In this document: in pieces, positions 38,283 through 49,877 of the stretch
Numbering within the stretch: position 1 is the first letter of the stretch
Layout of the letters: each line of letters opens with the position of its first letter
DNA from: a virus
Taxonomy: Duplodnaviria; Caudoviricetes
Strand: one strand, 5' to 3'
DNA: 64,000 nt
Virus record (IMG/VR): IMGVR_UViG_3300028549_000507
Span: 64,001 to 128,000 of that record
Notes under the pieces: model-generated
What the model was told of the DNA's origin: nothing
Database searches by the model: none
What the model saw: the letters and a program-made list of their open reading frames with translations, nothing else
Translations under genes and position numbers: made by a program

Positions 38283-39854
38283 TTACATATCGATTATTGA
38301 GTCCATCATCGAGGCTGCCCGTGTAAAAAGTATATCCCGCATATCAAGAACAGTATCTTTCTGTGCACCATTACATTTTGGGCAGACACTATCTTTAATT
38401 CTGAAGTGGATTCCTTCTTTTTTCATAAGCTTACGATGCTCAGTACCCTCAGCCAATACTTTATAATCTTCTTTAGAAAGATTCATGAGGATTGGCGGAA
38501 TCATAATAGATTTCACATTAACGTATGTAACGTGGATCTTTTTACCATGCTCAGTTTCACTCTCTTCATAGAGAGGAACAATGAGCTTCCTCGTATAAAG
38601 TGCATGCTTATATGCAAGAACTTTAGATACTGTTGATTTTGTAATACGTTTATCAAGAGCCATCCACGAAATCGGATACAGAACTCGTCTAACGATATCA
38701 TCAGATTCACCAAGATCAGATTTAATATACTTAAGGAAGTTAATTACATCTTCCATATTAGGCATACCTTGGAATACTTTGATCTTAGAATCAGGAAGAT
38801 ATGTTGGTTTTTCAATCATCGCTTGTCCAACAAGGAATGATTTAATATTAGATCTATCGGCACCGGCTTTAATTTGATCGATTACTTTCTGATCAATATC
38901 TTCTTTAGATGATTCTGATACAAATGTAATGTCCATATTATCTCTAGACTCTTCGAATCTATGATTACAATGGTCACATACAGATGTGTATTTGTATATT
39001 CCGGGATAGTTCACATTATGTACTCCCCAATATATACAGAAGAAGTCAGGATATTTAATATTTCTAAGCCATTCATCAAATTCTAATTCTTTTTTGAATG
39101 TAGAATTCTTAGTATGCTCATATGCACTAAACAATTCTTGTTCAATTTTCTCAACCACATCCATATCATTAGATGATCTATGGATACCGAGCATTTCAGC
39201 ATTGGTAAATGTAGTAATATCATAGAAAATTCCAGAATATGGAAGAATTGTTCTAGTTACACCCTTAGGACCTACGAATGGTCCACCTTTAGATCCAACG
39301 ATATATTGGTCTACGATAGCTCTCTGATAATCATCGGAGTCTACAACTTTAATATTACTACTTGGGGTAAAGTTTGCAAACTTTTTAGATGCTTTACTTT
39401 CACCATGCTGACCAATGTGTACATGAACGAATTTTTCCTCATCCTTTGTAGAAACTTCTTCTTCTACAGAGATTTCAACAGATTCATCTCCAAGATCATC
39501 AGATTCTACCAACTCAGAAACTTCATCATCACCAAAATCATCTTCTAATGATGTATGGAACTCTCCAAGTTCGGGAACTTCATTTTCAGTAATATCAATC
39601 TCAACATCCGCATCATCTACAAGGATGAGTTCTTCAGATGTTTCGACGATATCCATATTCATACCCTCTTCAACTAACGCAGTTGCTCTTGATGCGGTCG
39701 GTGGAAGTGGGAGTGGTTGTGGAACTCTCCGTACATTTTTTTTCAATCTAGGTTTCACTTCTTCAACCGGAACATCCTCAAGAACTTCTTCAACTGGAGC
39801 TGTAGCTAGGTCACTGTCGTCTGGGATTCGCAAATCATCATTTGTACTAGGCAT
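38283..39854 (-). CDS. Baseplate hub/assembly-like protein with acidic N-terminus
   Basis: CDHC and CPKC motifs; late motif AACA ATATAT TG at 39906-39917. Confidence 0.55.
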   Translation of the reverse strand: MPSTNDDLRIPDDSDLATAPVEEVLEDVPVEEVKPRLKKNVRRVPQPLPLPPTASRATALVEEGMNMDIVETSEELILVDDADVEIDITENEVPELGEFHTSLEDDFGDDEVSELVESDDLGDESVEISVEEEVSTKDEEKFVHVHIGQHGESKASKKFANFTPSSNIKVVDSDDYQRAIVDQYIVGSKGGPFVGPKGVTRTILPYSGIFYDITTFTNAEMLGIHRSSNDMDVVEKIEQELFSAYEHTKNSTFKKELEFDEWLRNIKYPDFFCIYWGVHNVNYPGIYKYTSVCDHCNHRFEESRDNMDITFVSESSKEDIDQKVIDQIKAGADRSNIKSFLVGQAMIEKPTYLPDSKIKVFQGMPNMEDVINFLKYIKSDLGESDDIVRRVLYPISWMALDKRITKSTVSKVLAYKHALYTRKLIVPLYEESETEHGKKIHVTYVNVKSIMIPPILMNLSKEDYKVLAEGTEHRKLMKKEGIHFRIKDSVCPKCNGAQKDTVLDMRDILFTRAASMMDSIIDM

Positions 39855-39976
39855 AATTTATCTCCATAAGGTAAGATAGAATTGAATTTTTGGGTTATAA
39901 CTTTCCAATATATTGTTTCACTGTATATAATTTTATATAAATGTTGGAGCAAAACGCCCCAACATTTATATATTTA

Positions 39977-42900
39977 TTAGAATTTAAAATCCATTCCGTC
40001 ATCTCCACCTTCGGAATCGCCTCCAGCGTCTCCGCCTTCCTCACCACCAGCGTCTCCCCCGGTATCATCTCCTCCAAAATCTCCACCACCAGCGTCTCCC
40101 CCGGTATCTCCACCAGTATCTCCGCCGCCACCATAGTCATCGCCACCTTCTTCGCCAGATTCTTCATCCTCAACAAGCTCTTTATTATACGTTTTAAGTA
40201 TATTAAACCATTTGGGAGTTTCTAATCTAGCACGTTCGATAACTTCATCAATAGTAGCCCAGTCTGTAGACGTTGAGAGTTCTTTGACAAGGAGTCTCTT
40301 AGTAAGACCTACCAATGTCTCCCACTCTTTACTATCTCCAGAGAAGTCACCATAGTACATCTTAACAATATCTTCAGCAAGTGTAGATATATTACCAAGT
40401 TCTTCAGTAATCTTCGTAACTGTAAGATTCTTAGGGGCTGGGAATTTGAATTCGATTTTAGTAATATCAATTTCAATCTCACTTTTGACACCTTTTCCAG
40501 CACTCTGTTGAACATCTGCTGAACCAGTATTTACCAATTTAAGAGTAGGAATAGTTACATCTGAATAGTGTACTAAGAGCTTAATCGCTTTAGTTATAAA
40601 CTTAGAGTAATTTACCATTCTATCAACAATAAGATTTCTATAATCTATTCTATGTTGGGTCTGAGATGCAACATATTCATCTTGAGACATCATATCCAAT
40701 GTAGTTGGAGGTACTCCAATTTTCATAATGATAGATTTAAGAGTTCTCTCTGTAAAATCATCGTCAATATCTACATTATTTACACGCTCAATCTGAGTTA
40801 CTTCGTAAAGCTTTTCACCATTGATATTTGGAATAATCAATCGTTTAAAGTTACCAACAGATCGTACAATATTATCTGTACCCCCGAAAAGGGTTCGTGC
40901 TGATACATTTCGAGTTGAAGCATTCTGACTTATCATACCCACAGTCAAACCCAATTCTCTCGATTTACCAACATTAACTTCCATAACTTCAGTGTCAGAA
41001 GATTTCATAACTTTTATCATCAATGATGAAATAAGAGATGAAATATACATATAACAACTAAAGAGTGTTCCATCAAGGATACTTAAAGGAAATCCATTAT
41101 CATCAAGTTCTCTAGACATGTATACCATATGGGATTCAGGTATAAATGAGAATCGTACTTTATTCTTAAACATGATATCATCTCGTATCAGATTCATGAG
41201 AGATGATTGGAATGTTGCATTATCAATAAGAGAATCATCACCAAGACGTTTAACGATAGTCTTAATGAGAATGCTGCGGATCAGTTCAGATTTTCTATCA
41301 CTCTGACCACTATTACCAAATTGACCTCCATTATATGGAGTATTTGGACCATTTCCGGATCCTGAAAGAATAGGAGCCATGATCGTAGATGGAGAGAATG
41401 CTCCACTTGAGAATGGATTATTACTATCCACAGCAGATGAACCAGAGTTAGCAACTAACGCTTTATCTTCTCCAACACCAAGTCTTCTGATAATATCGAG
41501 GAATGATCCTTTATCTTTTTTGAGAAGAAGGAAGTTATCCCCTTTAGTCCGCTCATATTCCATTACATAATAACCAATATGAACTCCTCCAGAAGAGATA
41601 GGAATAACATGTTCGGGCTCATACTCAGTGAATATTGCACGTTTATTCTTAACAGATTTAACATATGCTTTAGGGTCGATAAAATCATCAGTAATATCTA
41701 TTTCAAGATTGTCAAGGTTAAATGTTTTCTTTTTAACATCGTCACCTTCTAATTCATTACCATCGCCAACTCTATAGAAATCATCTATAGCACCTTTAGA
41801 ATCATCTATAGTTTTATAGAATCCTTCAGGTTTTAATCTTTTAGAAGCTTGATATAGTGGAGTTTTTCTATGGTCCACAACTTCAATACTTCTATCAAAT
41901 GCTACAATGATATCCTTGATATGTTTCTTGATAGAACTCTCTTTAGAGAATACATGTTTAGGTTCTTCAAGTTTACCCATAAATGCATTATAAGATTCCA
42001 ATGCCTCTTTATACTTGACAGTTCCATCTTTACCATTAAGAATCGATATCTTTTCAGTATTAAATGATGATTTCAATTCTTCAATGCAAACCTCAGAATA
42101 TTCGTCAATGATATCATCACTAATGATTGAATCTGTAAAAGTTTCAATACTTTTATCAGCTTTCATTCTAACATAATCGTCAGATTCTGTACTGGTTAGG
42201 AGGTTTAGACTTTTTTTAATATACGCCTGACTTACTCCTTTAATCGGACTAGGCTTAAGATATGATTCTTCAGAAAACATACTTGCAAGATTTAAAGACT
42301 CAACTCCATGAGGAAGCCCTTTATTCTTCTTAATCTCTTCATTAATCATATTAATCACATCATCTTGTGGGAGAACGCTAAATGGTTTCACACCATAAAC
42401 TTCTGCAGCCCTAATATATCTACGCATTTTATCTTCGAAGTTATATTCTTCAAGAAGATCGGTAATTTTACCTTCAATGGTATTTTTATTATTCTCATCC
42501 AATTCGTTATAGAAGTTTTTAACGAATGTTCCACTAAATTCATCTCTATTTATGATATCTTTTACGATAACCCAAATAGCTTTATCGAGTTCAGGGATAA
42601 TCTGACACACTTTATTATACTCAGGCATAAGTGCGAAGTGATTTCTAACACCTGCAACCATTTCTTCAATAATATTACTATCACTAAGCTTATCAACTAC
42701 ATGAGAATCCTCTGTAATTTGATGAGATCCTGATGGATTTGTGAAAGATTCATTAATCTTTAAATCCCGAAGAAGAGTCATCTTATCTTCTTGTTGCATT
42801 GTCGATGTTAACAATGATACATATTGAGAAGCATTAGATCCCTTAGTATTACCAGTCTTCTGTGTCGAAGGGGTTAATCTATCGGATAGAGTCTTTCTAG

Positions 42901-43042
42901 TTTCCTCGAGCAGTTTATCATTATCTCTTAGGAAGTCCGGAGATATTCCATATGTGGATGATGTTAAGATGTCTAAAGCATCCCTAGTCGGACCTTTCGC
43001 AGCATCATCACCCTTAATAGGGCCTTTATCTTTTTCAGCCAT
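39977..43042 (-). CDS. Portal protein (T4 gp20-like) with Gly/Asp-rich tail
   Basis: IPELDKAIWVIVKDII, FEDKMRRYIR...VYG, EVMEVNVG and KIGVPPT resemble gp20-type portal blocks. Confidence 0.65.
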   Translation of the reverse strand: MAEKDKGPIKGDDAAKGPTRDALDILTSSTYGISPDFLRDNDKLLEETRKTLSDRLTPSTQKTGNTKGSNASQYVSLLTSTMQQEDKMTLLRDLKINESFTNPSGSHQITEDSHVVDKLSDSNIIEEMVAGVRNHFALMPEYNKVCQIIPELDKAIWVIVKDIINRDEFSGTFVKNFYNELDENNKNTIEGKITDLLEEYNFEDKMRRYIRAAEVYGVKPFSVLPQDDVINMINEEIKKNKGLPHGVESLNLASMFSEESYLKPSPIKGVSQAYIKKSLNLLTSTESDDYVRMKADKSIETFTDSIISDDIIDEYSEVCIEELKSSFNTEKISILNGKDGTVKYKEALESYNAFMGKLEEPKHVFSKESSIKKHIKDIIVAFDRSIEVVDHRKTPLYQASKRLKPEGFYKTIDDSKGAIDDFYRVGDGNELEGDDVKKKTFNLDNLEIDITDDFIDPKAYVKSVKNKRAIFTEYEPEHVIPISSGGVHIGYYVMEYERTKGDNFLLLKKDKGSFLDIIRRLGVGEDKALVANSGSSAVDSNNPFSSGAFSPSTIMAPILSGSGNGPNTPYNGGQFGNSGQSDRKSELIRSILIKTIVKRLGDDSLIDNATFQSSLMNLIRDDIMFKNKVRFSFIPESHMVYMSRELDDNGFPLSILDGTLFSCYMYISSLISSLMIKVMKSSDTEVMEVNVGKSRELGLTVGMISQNASTRNVSARTLFGGTDNIVRSVGNFKRLIIPNINGEKLYEVTQIERVNNVDIDDDFTERTLKSIIMKIGVPPTTLDMMSQDEYVASQTQHRIDYRNLIVDRMVNYSKFITKAIKLLVHYSDVTIPTLKLVNTGSADVQQSAGKGVKSEIEIDITKIEFKFPAPKNLTVTKITEELGNISTLAEDIVKMYYGDFSGDSKEWETLVGLTKRLLVKELSTSTDWATIDEVIERARLETPKWFNILKTYNKELVEDEESGEEGGDDYGGGGDTGGDTGGDAGGGDFGGDDTGGDAGGEEGGDAGGDSEGGDDGMDFKF

Positions 43043-43054
43043 TTAGTTTTTCTC

Positions 43055-44689
43055 CTAGTAAGTTAATCCGCGTATAGCTTGTTGACACAATTTACCAAGT
43101 GATCTGATAGTCGTACCATCTACACCCGTGAGATTTCCTAAGCTATGTATATGCTTATGTGCATTTTCATTTGCTTCTTTAGTAAATACGCCTACAACGG
43201 AAATCATGTCTCCATCATAGTCTCCATTTAGAGCCGATAGATAACCTGGGAAGATTATAAGCGAGTCTGTAAACATCGCAGATATATTTTCCATATCTTT
43301 CTCTCTATCGATAACTGGGAAGAATGGGTAAACACTATCTCCAACTCTAGCCTTTACAGTTCTATTGTAAGGAATAATAGACATCTTTGATGGATATGTA
43401 TTATTATGGTCTTCAATAGGATATCGTGTTATATAAATGTGTTTATCTTTTACAGTATTATATGCGGCAATATAGAATAACTCTAGGAGAGTTAAATTCT
43501 TATATCTACCTTCATATCCGCCAGAGATAACATCATTGTATTCGTCCTGAACTTCGGATATATCATCATGGTAATATACTATAGTTCTATTTACACCATC
43601 TTCACATGGTAATTGGAAATAATCCAATCTATGCTCAGGAGCTTCATGGAATAGTTCTATAAGATTATAGATATAATTCGATGTAAGAACTGTTTGCCAG
43701 TCGCTAGATAGTCTATGGCGAATGATATTCTCAGCAACAATACCCTTTTTAGGATCTTTAAGTGCCATCATATACTCAGAACCTTGTAAGAAGTTCATTA
43801 TAATATCACGAACACCATGAACAATGAAAGGTGCAAAACATTTAATACATGCAAACAGTGGGAGAGTCGTTCTTTCAAATGTTACAGTCATATCTTTAGG
43901 ACTAGCAACTTTCGAAGTATCCAATCCGGATATAACAAGTCGTGCGGCGAAGTCAATACTTTTACCCATAACGTATTTATGGATAAACCCTTTACGTCCT
44001 CCTTGAGTTTTTATAACCATCTCATGAAATTCGATAAGAGCATTATTGATATCTTTATATGCGTCACTAACATCATTATCAAGCGTCGTAAACATTGAAC
44101 TTGTTGATTTCATAATAGATACCAGATTGATAATCTTAATATAAAGATTATTAAATTCATTTCTATTACCACCGTCACGCATATCTACATCTCTATAGAA
44201 TGCTGGCATAACGAGTAGTTTACTCATGAATATCTGTTCTTTTTCTAAACTCTTAATGAATCTGGATCTATTGAAACGTATACCAGACTTAACATCTCCA
44301 GTATCAAACTTCAATTTCTCCCAATTTTCATATAAGAAATCAACTCCAGATCCAACTTTAGCATCACTCGGAGCAACTCCTTCTACTTTACAGATGTCAC
44401 CATCTTTGATATAGAATTCACCATCACCATTTATCAAATCCATATACTGTCTTTTAAGAGATTTCAACTCAAATAAACAGTGTGGATGAACGAATTTTAC
44501 AGATAAATCGATATATGCAAATCTCTTTTTACGTTCTTCTGTGCCCGGGAATCCAAATATCTCGTAAGACGCAAGTCCCTCAGGATCAGGTTCGCCCGGT
44601 CTTTCAAATATCTTAGAGGATACAACTTCAACAAGTCGTTCACCTGCTATAAGTTTATCATCAACCTTTAAAATATCGTATTTAAACAT
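43055..44689 (-). CDS. rpoC: RNA polymerase beta-prime N-terminal subunit with catalytic motif (probably virion RNAP)
   Basis: LNGDYDGD (NADFDGD equivalent), GRKGFIHKYVMGKSIDFAARLVIS, TRYP. Confidence 0.9.
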   Translation of the reverse strand: MFKYDILKVDDKLIAGERLVEVVSSKIFERPGEPDPEGLASYEIFGFPGTEERKKRFAYIDLSVKFVHPHCLFELKSLKRQYMDLINGDGEFYIKDGDICKVEGVAPSDAKVGSGVDFLYENWEKLKFDTGDVKSGIRFNRSRFIKSLEKEQIFMSKLLVMPAFYRDVDMRDGGNRNEFNNLYIKIINLVSIMKSTSSMFTTLDNDVSDAYKDINNALIEFHEMVIKTQGGRKGFIHKYVMGKSIDFAARLVISGLDTSKVASPKDMTVTFERTTLPLFACIKCFAPFIVHGVRDIIMNFLQGSEYMMALKDPKKGIVAENIIRHRLSSDWQTVLTSNYIYNLIELFHEAPEHRLDYFQLPCEDGVNRTIVYYHDDISEVQDEYNDVISGGYEGRYKNLTLLELFYIAAYNTVKDKHIYITRYPIEDHNNTYPSKMSIIPYNRTVKARVGDSVYPFFPVIDREKDMENISAMFTDSLIIFPGYLSALNGDYDGDMISVVGVFTKEANENAHKHIHSLGNLTGVDGTTIRSLGKLCQQAIRGLTY

Positions 44690-44704
44690 AACTATTCTCC
44701 AAAA

Positions 44705-45529
44705 TTAAATTACAGATAAACCTTCGTTGAATATAGTTAGTTCACTATTATTAGGACCAACTCTATCACTTTTATATAACTGGTATGCTACCTCGAAATA
44801 TCCGGCTTCTATACCATTATGTACAGAAGGACCAATTAGATTGAGGTTATATCTATGAGAATCCTCAATATAATCGAATGCATGTCCTAAGTTTTGCAAA
44901 ATAAAAATATCAACTTCTGCGCAATTTTTGACCAAAAATTCATATTCATTTTTATAATTATCCAATGTAGCTACACTAATTGGAATATTAAATCTTCCTG
45001 TAAAGTAATTATCGTAGAATGACTTTGCAAAGGATTCGATTCCTTCAAAATGAGTTCTAAAACAGAGTAAGACATTCTTATATATAGGCTCACATCTAAA
45101 GAATGGCATAAAGAATGATGACGCTGGTGATTTTTTAAGGATCTCTGCGTAATTATCTTTTTGGAAATCTTTTATAAATTGATCAGTTAGAGTTACTTCA
45201 TATTCCGTAAGGAAAAATGATTTAACAAATGTAATATAATCAGTATTATCATATCCTCTGTAGAAGAATTTAGTGTAATCCCAAACTATACCGGCATCTT
45301 CATGAACGTATTCTAAAAGACATTCTACCAATCCTATAGTTGTGAACTGCATCATATCATCCCAAAACAATATGACGCTTTTCTTAGATTTTTCTTTTGG
45401 AGAAAACTTCTCTTCCATCTCACGATAATGTCCCATAGTCATTTCGGTATTATCGAACGTTATGGTTTCCTCATCACTTAACAGTCGTTTAAATATATTA
45501 GTGGCATTTTTCTCGGAACTTAGATTCAT
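44705..45529 (-). CDS. HAD-like / conserved jumbo-phage protein
   Basis: VILFWDDMMQ resembles a degenerate HAD motif I; late motif AACA TATTAA TA at 45554-45565. Confidence 0.45.
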   Translation of the reverse strand: MNLSSEKNATNIFKRLLSDEETITFDNTEMTMGHYREMEEKFSPKEKSKKSVILFWDDMMQFTTIGLVECLLEYVHEDAGIVWDYTKFFYRGYDNTDYITFVKSFFLTEYEVTLTDQFIKDFQKDNYAEILKKSPASSFFMPFFRCEPIYKNVLLCFRTHFEGIESFAKSFYDNYFTGRFNIPISVATLDNYKNEYEFLVKNCAEVDIFILQNLGHAFDYIEDSHRYNLNLIGPSVHNGIEAGYFEVAYQLYKSDRVGPNNSELTIFNEGLSVI

Positions 45530-45582
45530 ATCGCCCTCTTTTAATTTATTAACTATTAATATGTTTTGGATATAATTATATA

Positions 45583-45622
45583 AAAAAAAGAAGAGGAGAC
45601 AAATGTCTCCTCTATATTTTTT
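45583..45622 (-). terminator. Intrinsic terminator
   Basis: AGAGGAGAC-AAAT-GTCTCCTCT with A/T runs. Confidence 0.7.
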
Positions 45623-46337
45623 AGAAATCTAATTCATCATCTTGATAAATACCATTACCGCCGCCACTATTGCCACCACCAGAATTTCCTCCACGAGGAC
45701 TATATGTCGGTTTATTATAGCTTCCGCCGCCACTATTACCGCCGCCATTTTTGTTAGCGACAACATTAAACAGTTTCTGCATAGAGGCGTTCTGCCACAT
45801 GAACATTGACCATTGTGAAACAACGTTACACAGACGGAGGAATGTTACATCACCAACGTCAAAAGTTGTGCCGAATGATGTATTAGCTTCAACTTCCCCA
45901 ACCAATCTCATATCACACAATACTACTGAATTAACTGTAGAGTTACGACCGACTGTAATCTGAATTCTCTTAACACCTTCAACTTCAACAGTGTCGAATT
46001 TGATTGTAGAGAATACTACAGGTTTACCATCAATATATCCACTTACATTCATGTAGAAATTGCTAATATCGCTGTATGGTTTTCCTGCACGATATTCTTC
46101 AACTCGACTTTTGAGGATAGACTGGAGCATACCGTTGAGGATAAAGATATGACTTTCTCCAATACTTACTTTATTATCCTTATTTTCAGAAGATTTTTCA
46201 CCTTTCTTCCAAAAATTCATATTCAGTCTACCTGCATATGCTCCAACATTGAAGCCGCAACCGCCATTGATTCCATCAAAGAACCCGTTTTCAATATTAT
46301 ATCCCATTGAAAGCGGTTTTGTAAAATTCTCAGACAT
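45621..46337 (-). CDS. Probable single-stranded DNA-binding protein
   Basis: Gly/Asn-rich linker and acidic-hydrophobic tail QDDELDF typical of SSB C-termini. Confidence 0.6.
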   Translation of the reverse strand: MSENFTKPLSMGYNIENGFFDGINGGCGFNVGAYAGRLNMNFWKKGEKSSENKDNKVSIGESHIFILNGMLQSILKSRVEEYRAGKPYSDISNFYMNVSGYIDGKPVVFSTIKFDTVEVEGVKRIQITVGRNSTVNSVVLCDMRLVGEVEANTSFGTTFDVGDVTFLRLCNVVSQWSMFMWQNASMQKLFNVVANKNGGGNSGGGSYNKPTYSPRGGNSGGGNSGGGNGIYQDDELDF

Positions 46338-46350
46338 GGATACCCTCGTT

Positions 46351-47592
46351 TTAAAAATTGTTTATAGGACTTGATACATTTGTTTCAAAAGATGTCATGG
46401 AATTTATTGTATCATATGTAGAAGATTGGTATTTAATACCCCTAACGCCAGTTTCAATTCGTTTTTTGCTATTATCTCCAAGGAGAATTGTCAAATCGTA
46501 TTTAAGATCGGTTAATCTACCGATTACTCTACAATTATCACACATCATAACGATATCAGCTAACGCGTTTGATACGCCAAAGTCTTCAATAACATAAGAA
46601 ATAAAGTCCACTATTATATCTGTTGGGGCTGGATTATAATAAAATTTTACTGATGGTAGAACTAACCTATTAGTATCAGAATCAAATATGAAATCTACAG
46701 AGTTTATCTGGTATCTCTGGCAGATTCTGAATAATCTCGAGAATAATTCATTTATAAGGCTAGTCATTAAACTAAACTTAATATGTAATGGCATAAAGTC
46801 TTTCATAGTACTCATGACATTATTATCATTATCCAAATAAGTTAACTCGGAATTGACATTATTATCATATTCATAATCCAAATCACCTCTATCAGTTATT
46901 CTATTATGCACAAGCTTATGTCTAGTTGTAACACTATCGAATAAATGTTTTCCAGGGATTCTACCCGAATGAGTTATTATAGGATCTTCCCTATTAGCTT
47001 CAGCATGCATTCTGCTATAGAATTGTGGTTTCGGAATTGGCAATATAGTTTGGAAAGTATCTCCGTCAAAAGATACTTCCAATTTAGCAGCCATTTCCAT
47101 AGTATTCATCGTGACACTTTTTCTAAAATGACTTGTGGACAATTTCATATCCATCATATTTAGAATACTAACGCCCATCGGAGCAGATGTCATAGAACCA
47201 TTATTATCCCATAGCCCTATGTATGACGTATACGCATTAAGTATTCTAAAATAAGAGTCATATATAGAAGAATCAGTAACAACTCCATCAGTTAGATCTG
47301 TAGTTATGGGTATTTGTATTTCCCCATTATACACGGTTTTACATAAAACTATGCCAGGATTAAAATTTGTATCATAGTTATATCTACCATCTAATACTGA
47401 TAGATTTATCAATGTACATTTAACACTATGTATACCTTCAATAGCACTGCGTTTTAGATCCACATCGGAATGTAGGATTATGACACGTTTTCTATCCAAA
47501 ATATCTACACAACCATTAAATGAATCATCGTATAATAAACCTATACTTTCCTCATCTATAATATTTTCTTTAGATATAGTTGGAATAAACAT
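46351..47592 (-). CDS. Hypothetical protein
   Basis: 413-aa ORF with GGAGG SD. Confidence 0.75.
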   Translation of the reverse strand: MFIPTISKENIIDEESIGLLYDDSFNGCVDILDRKRVIILHSDVDLKRSAIEGIHSVKCTLINLSVLDGRYNYDTNFNPGIVLCKTVYNGEIQIPITTDLTDGVVTDSSIYDSYFRILNAYTSYIGLWDNNGSMTSAPMGVSILNMMDMKLSTSHFRKSVTMNTMEMAAKLEVSFDGDTFQTILPIPKPQFYSRMHAEANREDPIITHSGRIPGKHLFDSVTTRHKLVHNRITDRGDLDYEYDNNVNSELTYLDNDNNVMSTMKDFMPLHIKFSLMTSLINELFSRLFRICQRYQINSVDFIFDSDTNRLVLPSVKFYYNPAPTDIIVDFISYVIEDFGVSNALADIVMMCDNCRVIGRLTDLKYDLTILLGDNSKKRIETGVRGIKYQSSTYDTINSMTSFETNVSSPINNF

Positions 47593-47606
47593 CTATCCTC
47601 CAATCT

Positions 47607-47813
47607 TTACCGATCAATCTTCAAATCAGCGTTACATCGTCCGGCTTTGTCAAGAATGAGCCATCTTACGAGATTAACTAAATCTCTCTTAGAATGACGT
47701 TCTCCAACAAGCGTCATTGCAAGCATATCGGCTGCAAATCCTTCAGGAGTATCAAGCTCCATAGGATGAGATGCGGTTATCTCATCCTCATAAGTCATCT
47801 TTTTTTCACTCAT
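47607..47813 (-). CDS. Small hypothetical protein
   Basis: First ORF after early motif TATATAT AGAATAT TG (47842-47857). Confidence 0.7.
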   Translation of the reverse strand: MSEKKMTYEDEITASHPMELDTPEGFAADMLAMTLVGERHSKRDLVNLVRWLILDKAGRCNADLKIDR

Positions 47814-47864
47814 AGGTTCTCCATAGTAAATTGTAATTTGTCAATATTCTATATATATTTAAAA

Positions 47865-49877
47865 TTACAATATGGTTAATGGTGATATATGATTTCTAGA
47901 ACTATTAACTCTGTTAATATATATCCCTATACTTGGTAGTAACGATGTTAATGAATTAACATGTCTTTCAACAATATTATTCACATCAATAATATCAACT
48001 AACCAAGGTGGGAGTTTTTCAAGAGTATCAGGTACAGCAACAGTTCTAAGTCCAAATTTTACAAGATCTGGATGAGGTGGTAGATCGAAAATTGCAGCTT
48101 TCAATGCATGTCTCACACTATCATCCTTAACCATATAAAGATCGGCAACCTTCTCGACTTTAGTTTTAAATACATAAATCTTATTATAAGGTTCAATCTT
48201 ATTGCTAGGATAAAGATGATTCCAGATCTCAACACCTCTGATTCTACTATCACTATATGGGTTAGATTTCATACTATTCTTATAGGACGAAGTTATCCCA
48301 AATGTAACATCTCCCGAAAGTAGGCTATTTCGTATAGATGATTCTAAATCATATATACGTTTCATAATACGCATCACAGAAACATCTTTTACAGAATGAA
48401 TCTCTTTGAATATTATATCATTCATAGTCTTACTAACGAATTTATTCATATTAGAACCGGTCAAAGCTAGTCCAGTATTATTAACTTTATTAACAATAAC
48501 ACCTTCTCTTAACACAGTCCATGCTGAATAATTCTTCTTAATGAATGGGTATAGTATCAAACTCTTAAAGAAGAATTCATTTTTCAATGCAATTCGTTGA
48601 CAATGCTCTTTTGGAACATAGCAATTTCTTGCCATATTTCTACCCATAAAATTACATATGTCAGTAGATATATAGTTCATGATATTAGCAGCACGGTAAA
48701 CGTCAGACTCATCATAATATGTATCAAATTTATAGTCTCCAACTGAAGCCACAAAACCTGTCCATTCATCCAATCGCACGATGATTGAGTCTGTATCAGA
48801 GATTGGTACGATATATCTTCCACGATTAACATATTTATCAACTCTATCATAAGTTCCTATAGGAGTTGTTACAAAGTGTTGAAGTACCTCACACAATTCA
48901 TCCAGTTTTGGAATATATGCACAAGACTCATTCTTAACCATAACTTCTCTAAGAGGGGAGTTGAATTCCAATTTAGCTTTCATAATTCTATTAATGATAT
49001 CCATAACATCAACATTCATACTTAAGAATTTGTATAGATTATATCTATAATAAAAACTTATAGCTTTAGAAGGATCTTTGGATATATTTAAAGCTAAAAG
49101 GTATAGTGATTTACTATTCTTAGCAACCTCACGCTCATGCTCAGGAACAAATGCCAACAATTCAATCATTCGAACTTTAATCTGTTCAAACGTTGGTACT
49201 ACGATATTATATTTAGTTATAAAATCGATAGACATTGGTAAATTCAGTATCTCATTTATATATGAGTAGAACTCATTCATATCTTTGAATACCATATTAT
49301 TGCCAAGAAGCTTCTCAACAGTCCATAGCATTTCAGAAATCAATTCTCTCGCTTGGAGAGTGATCATTGAACTAGAGTCTGGAGAGTAGAAGAATCCTCC
49401 GGGCATAGTCGTAATACCATATGAAGAGTTATTATTCTCTTTTCTTGTATTTTGCAAGTTATCATTTTTACGAATACCGCCAACATCATTAGCTTCTTCG
49501 GCAATAAGTAGAAGTTTCTTTAAGTCACTTCGCTGTTTAAGCCATAGTATTAGAAGCTCGGATAGCTCTGACATCCTTACATAATGTCTAACCGTAAAGG
49601 TTCCATTTGCACCAATTATAAGGTGATTATCCTGAACCATTATAAGTACGTCGTTAAGTTCCATTTCCCAAAAACGTTCTTCGTAAATATTTCGCATTTT
49701 CGCAATAGGATTATGTGATTTAGCAAGTATTTCATCAAGGTATCTATTGATTCCATCTTCCTTAATCCCATCATTCCCATAAATATTACGAAGCGTCTCT
49801 TTAACCTTAAGTTTCCAAAAAGCTTTAAGAGTCATACCTGCTGATTGAGGTATCTTATCTTCAATACTAATATCCAT
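47865..49877 (-). CDS. Family B DNA polymerase, polymerase-domain subunit (split phiKZ type)
   Basis: QNTRKENNNSSYG (KxxxNSxYG), ISDTDS, LKNEFFF; late motif at 49899-49910. Confidence 0.9.
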   Translation of the reverse strand: MDISIEDKIPQSAGMTLKAFWKLKVKETLRNIYGNDGIKEDGINRYLDEILAKSHNPIAKMRNIYEERFWEMELNDVLIMVQDNHLIIGANGTFTVRHYVRMSELSELLILWLKQRSDLKKLLLIAEEANDVGGIRKNDNLQNTRKENNNSSYGITTMPGGFFYSPDSSSMITLQARELISEMLWTVEKLLGNNMVFKDMNEFYSYINEILNLPMSIDFITKYNIVVPTFEQIKVRMIELLAFVPEHEREVAKNSKSLYLLALNISKDPSKAISFYYRYNLYKFLSMNVDVMDIINRIMKAKLEFNSPLREVMVKNESCAYIPKLDELCEVLQHFVTTPIGTYDRVDKYVNRGRYIVPISDTDSIIVRLDEWTGFVASVGDYKFDTYYDESDVYRAANIMNYISTDICNFMGRNMARNCYVPKEHCQRIALKNEFFFKSLILYPFIKKNYSAWTVLREGVIVNKVNNTGLALTGSNMNKFVSKTMNDIIFKEIHSVKDVSVMRIMKRIYDLESSIRNSLLSGDVTFGITSSYKNSMKSNPYSDSRIRGVEIWNHLYPSNKIEPYNKIYVFKTKVEKVADLYMVKDDSVRHALKAAIFDLPPHPDLVKFGLRTVAVPDTLEKLPPWLVDIIDVNNIVERHVNSLTSLLPSIGIYINRVNSSRNHISPLTIL

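Noticed and set aside
39934-39972. Extra AACA-N6-TA matches in both arms of the hairpin after the portal gene
   Set aside because: Produced by the palindrome in very AT-rich sequence; not counted as promoters.
39977-40176. Short repeats (CCACCAGCGTCTCCCCCGGTATC x2) as a CRISPR-like array, and the 39895-40176 ORF
   Set aside because: They encode the Gly/Asp tail of the portal; there are no spacers.
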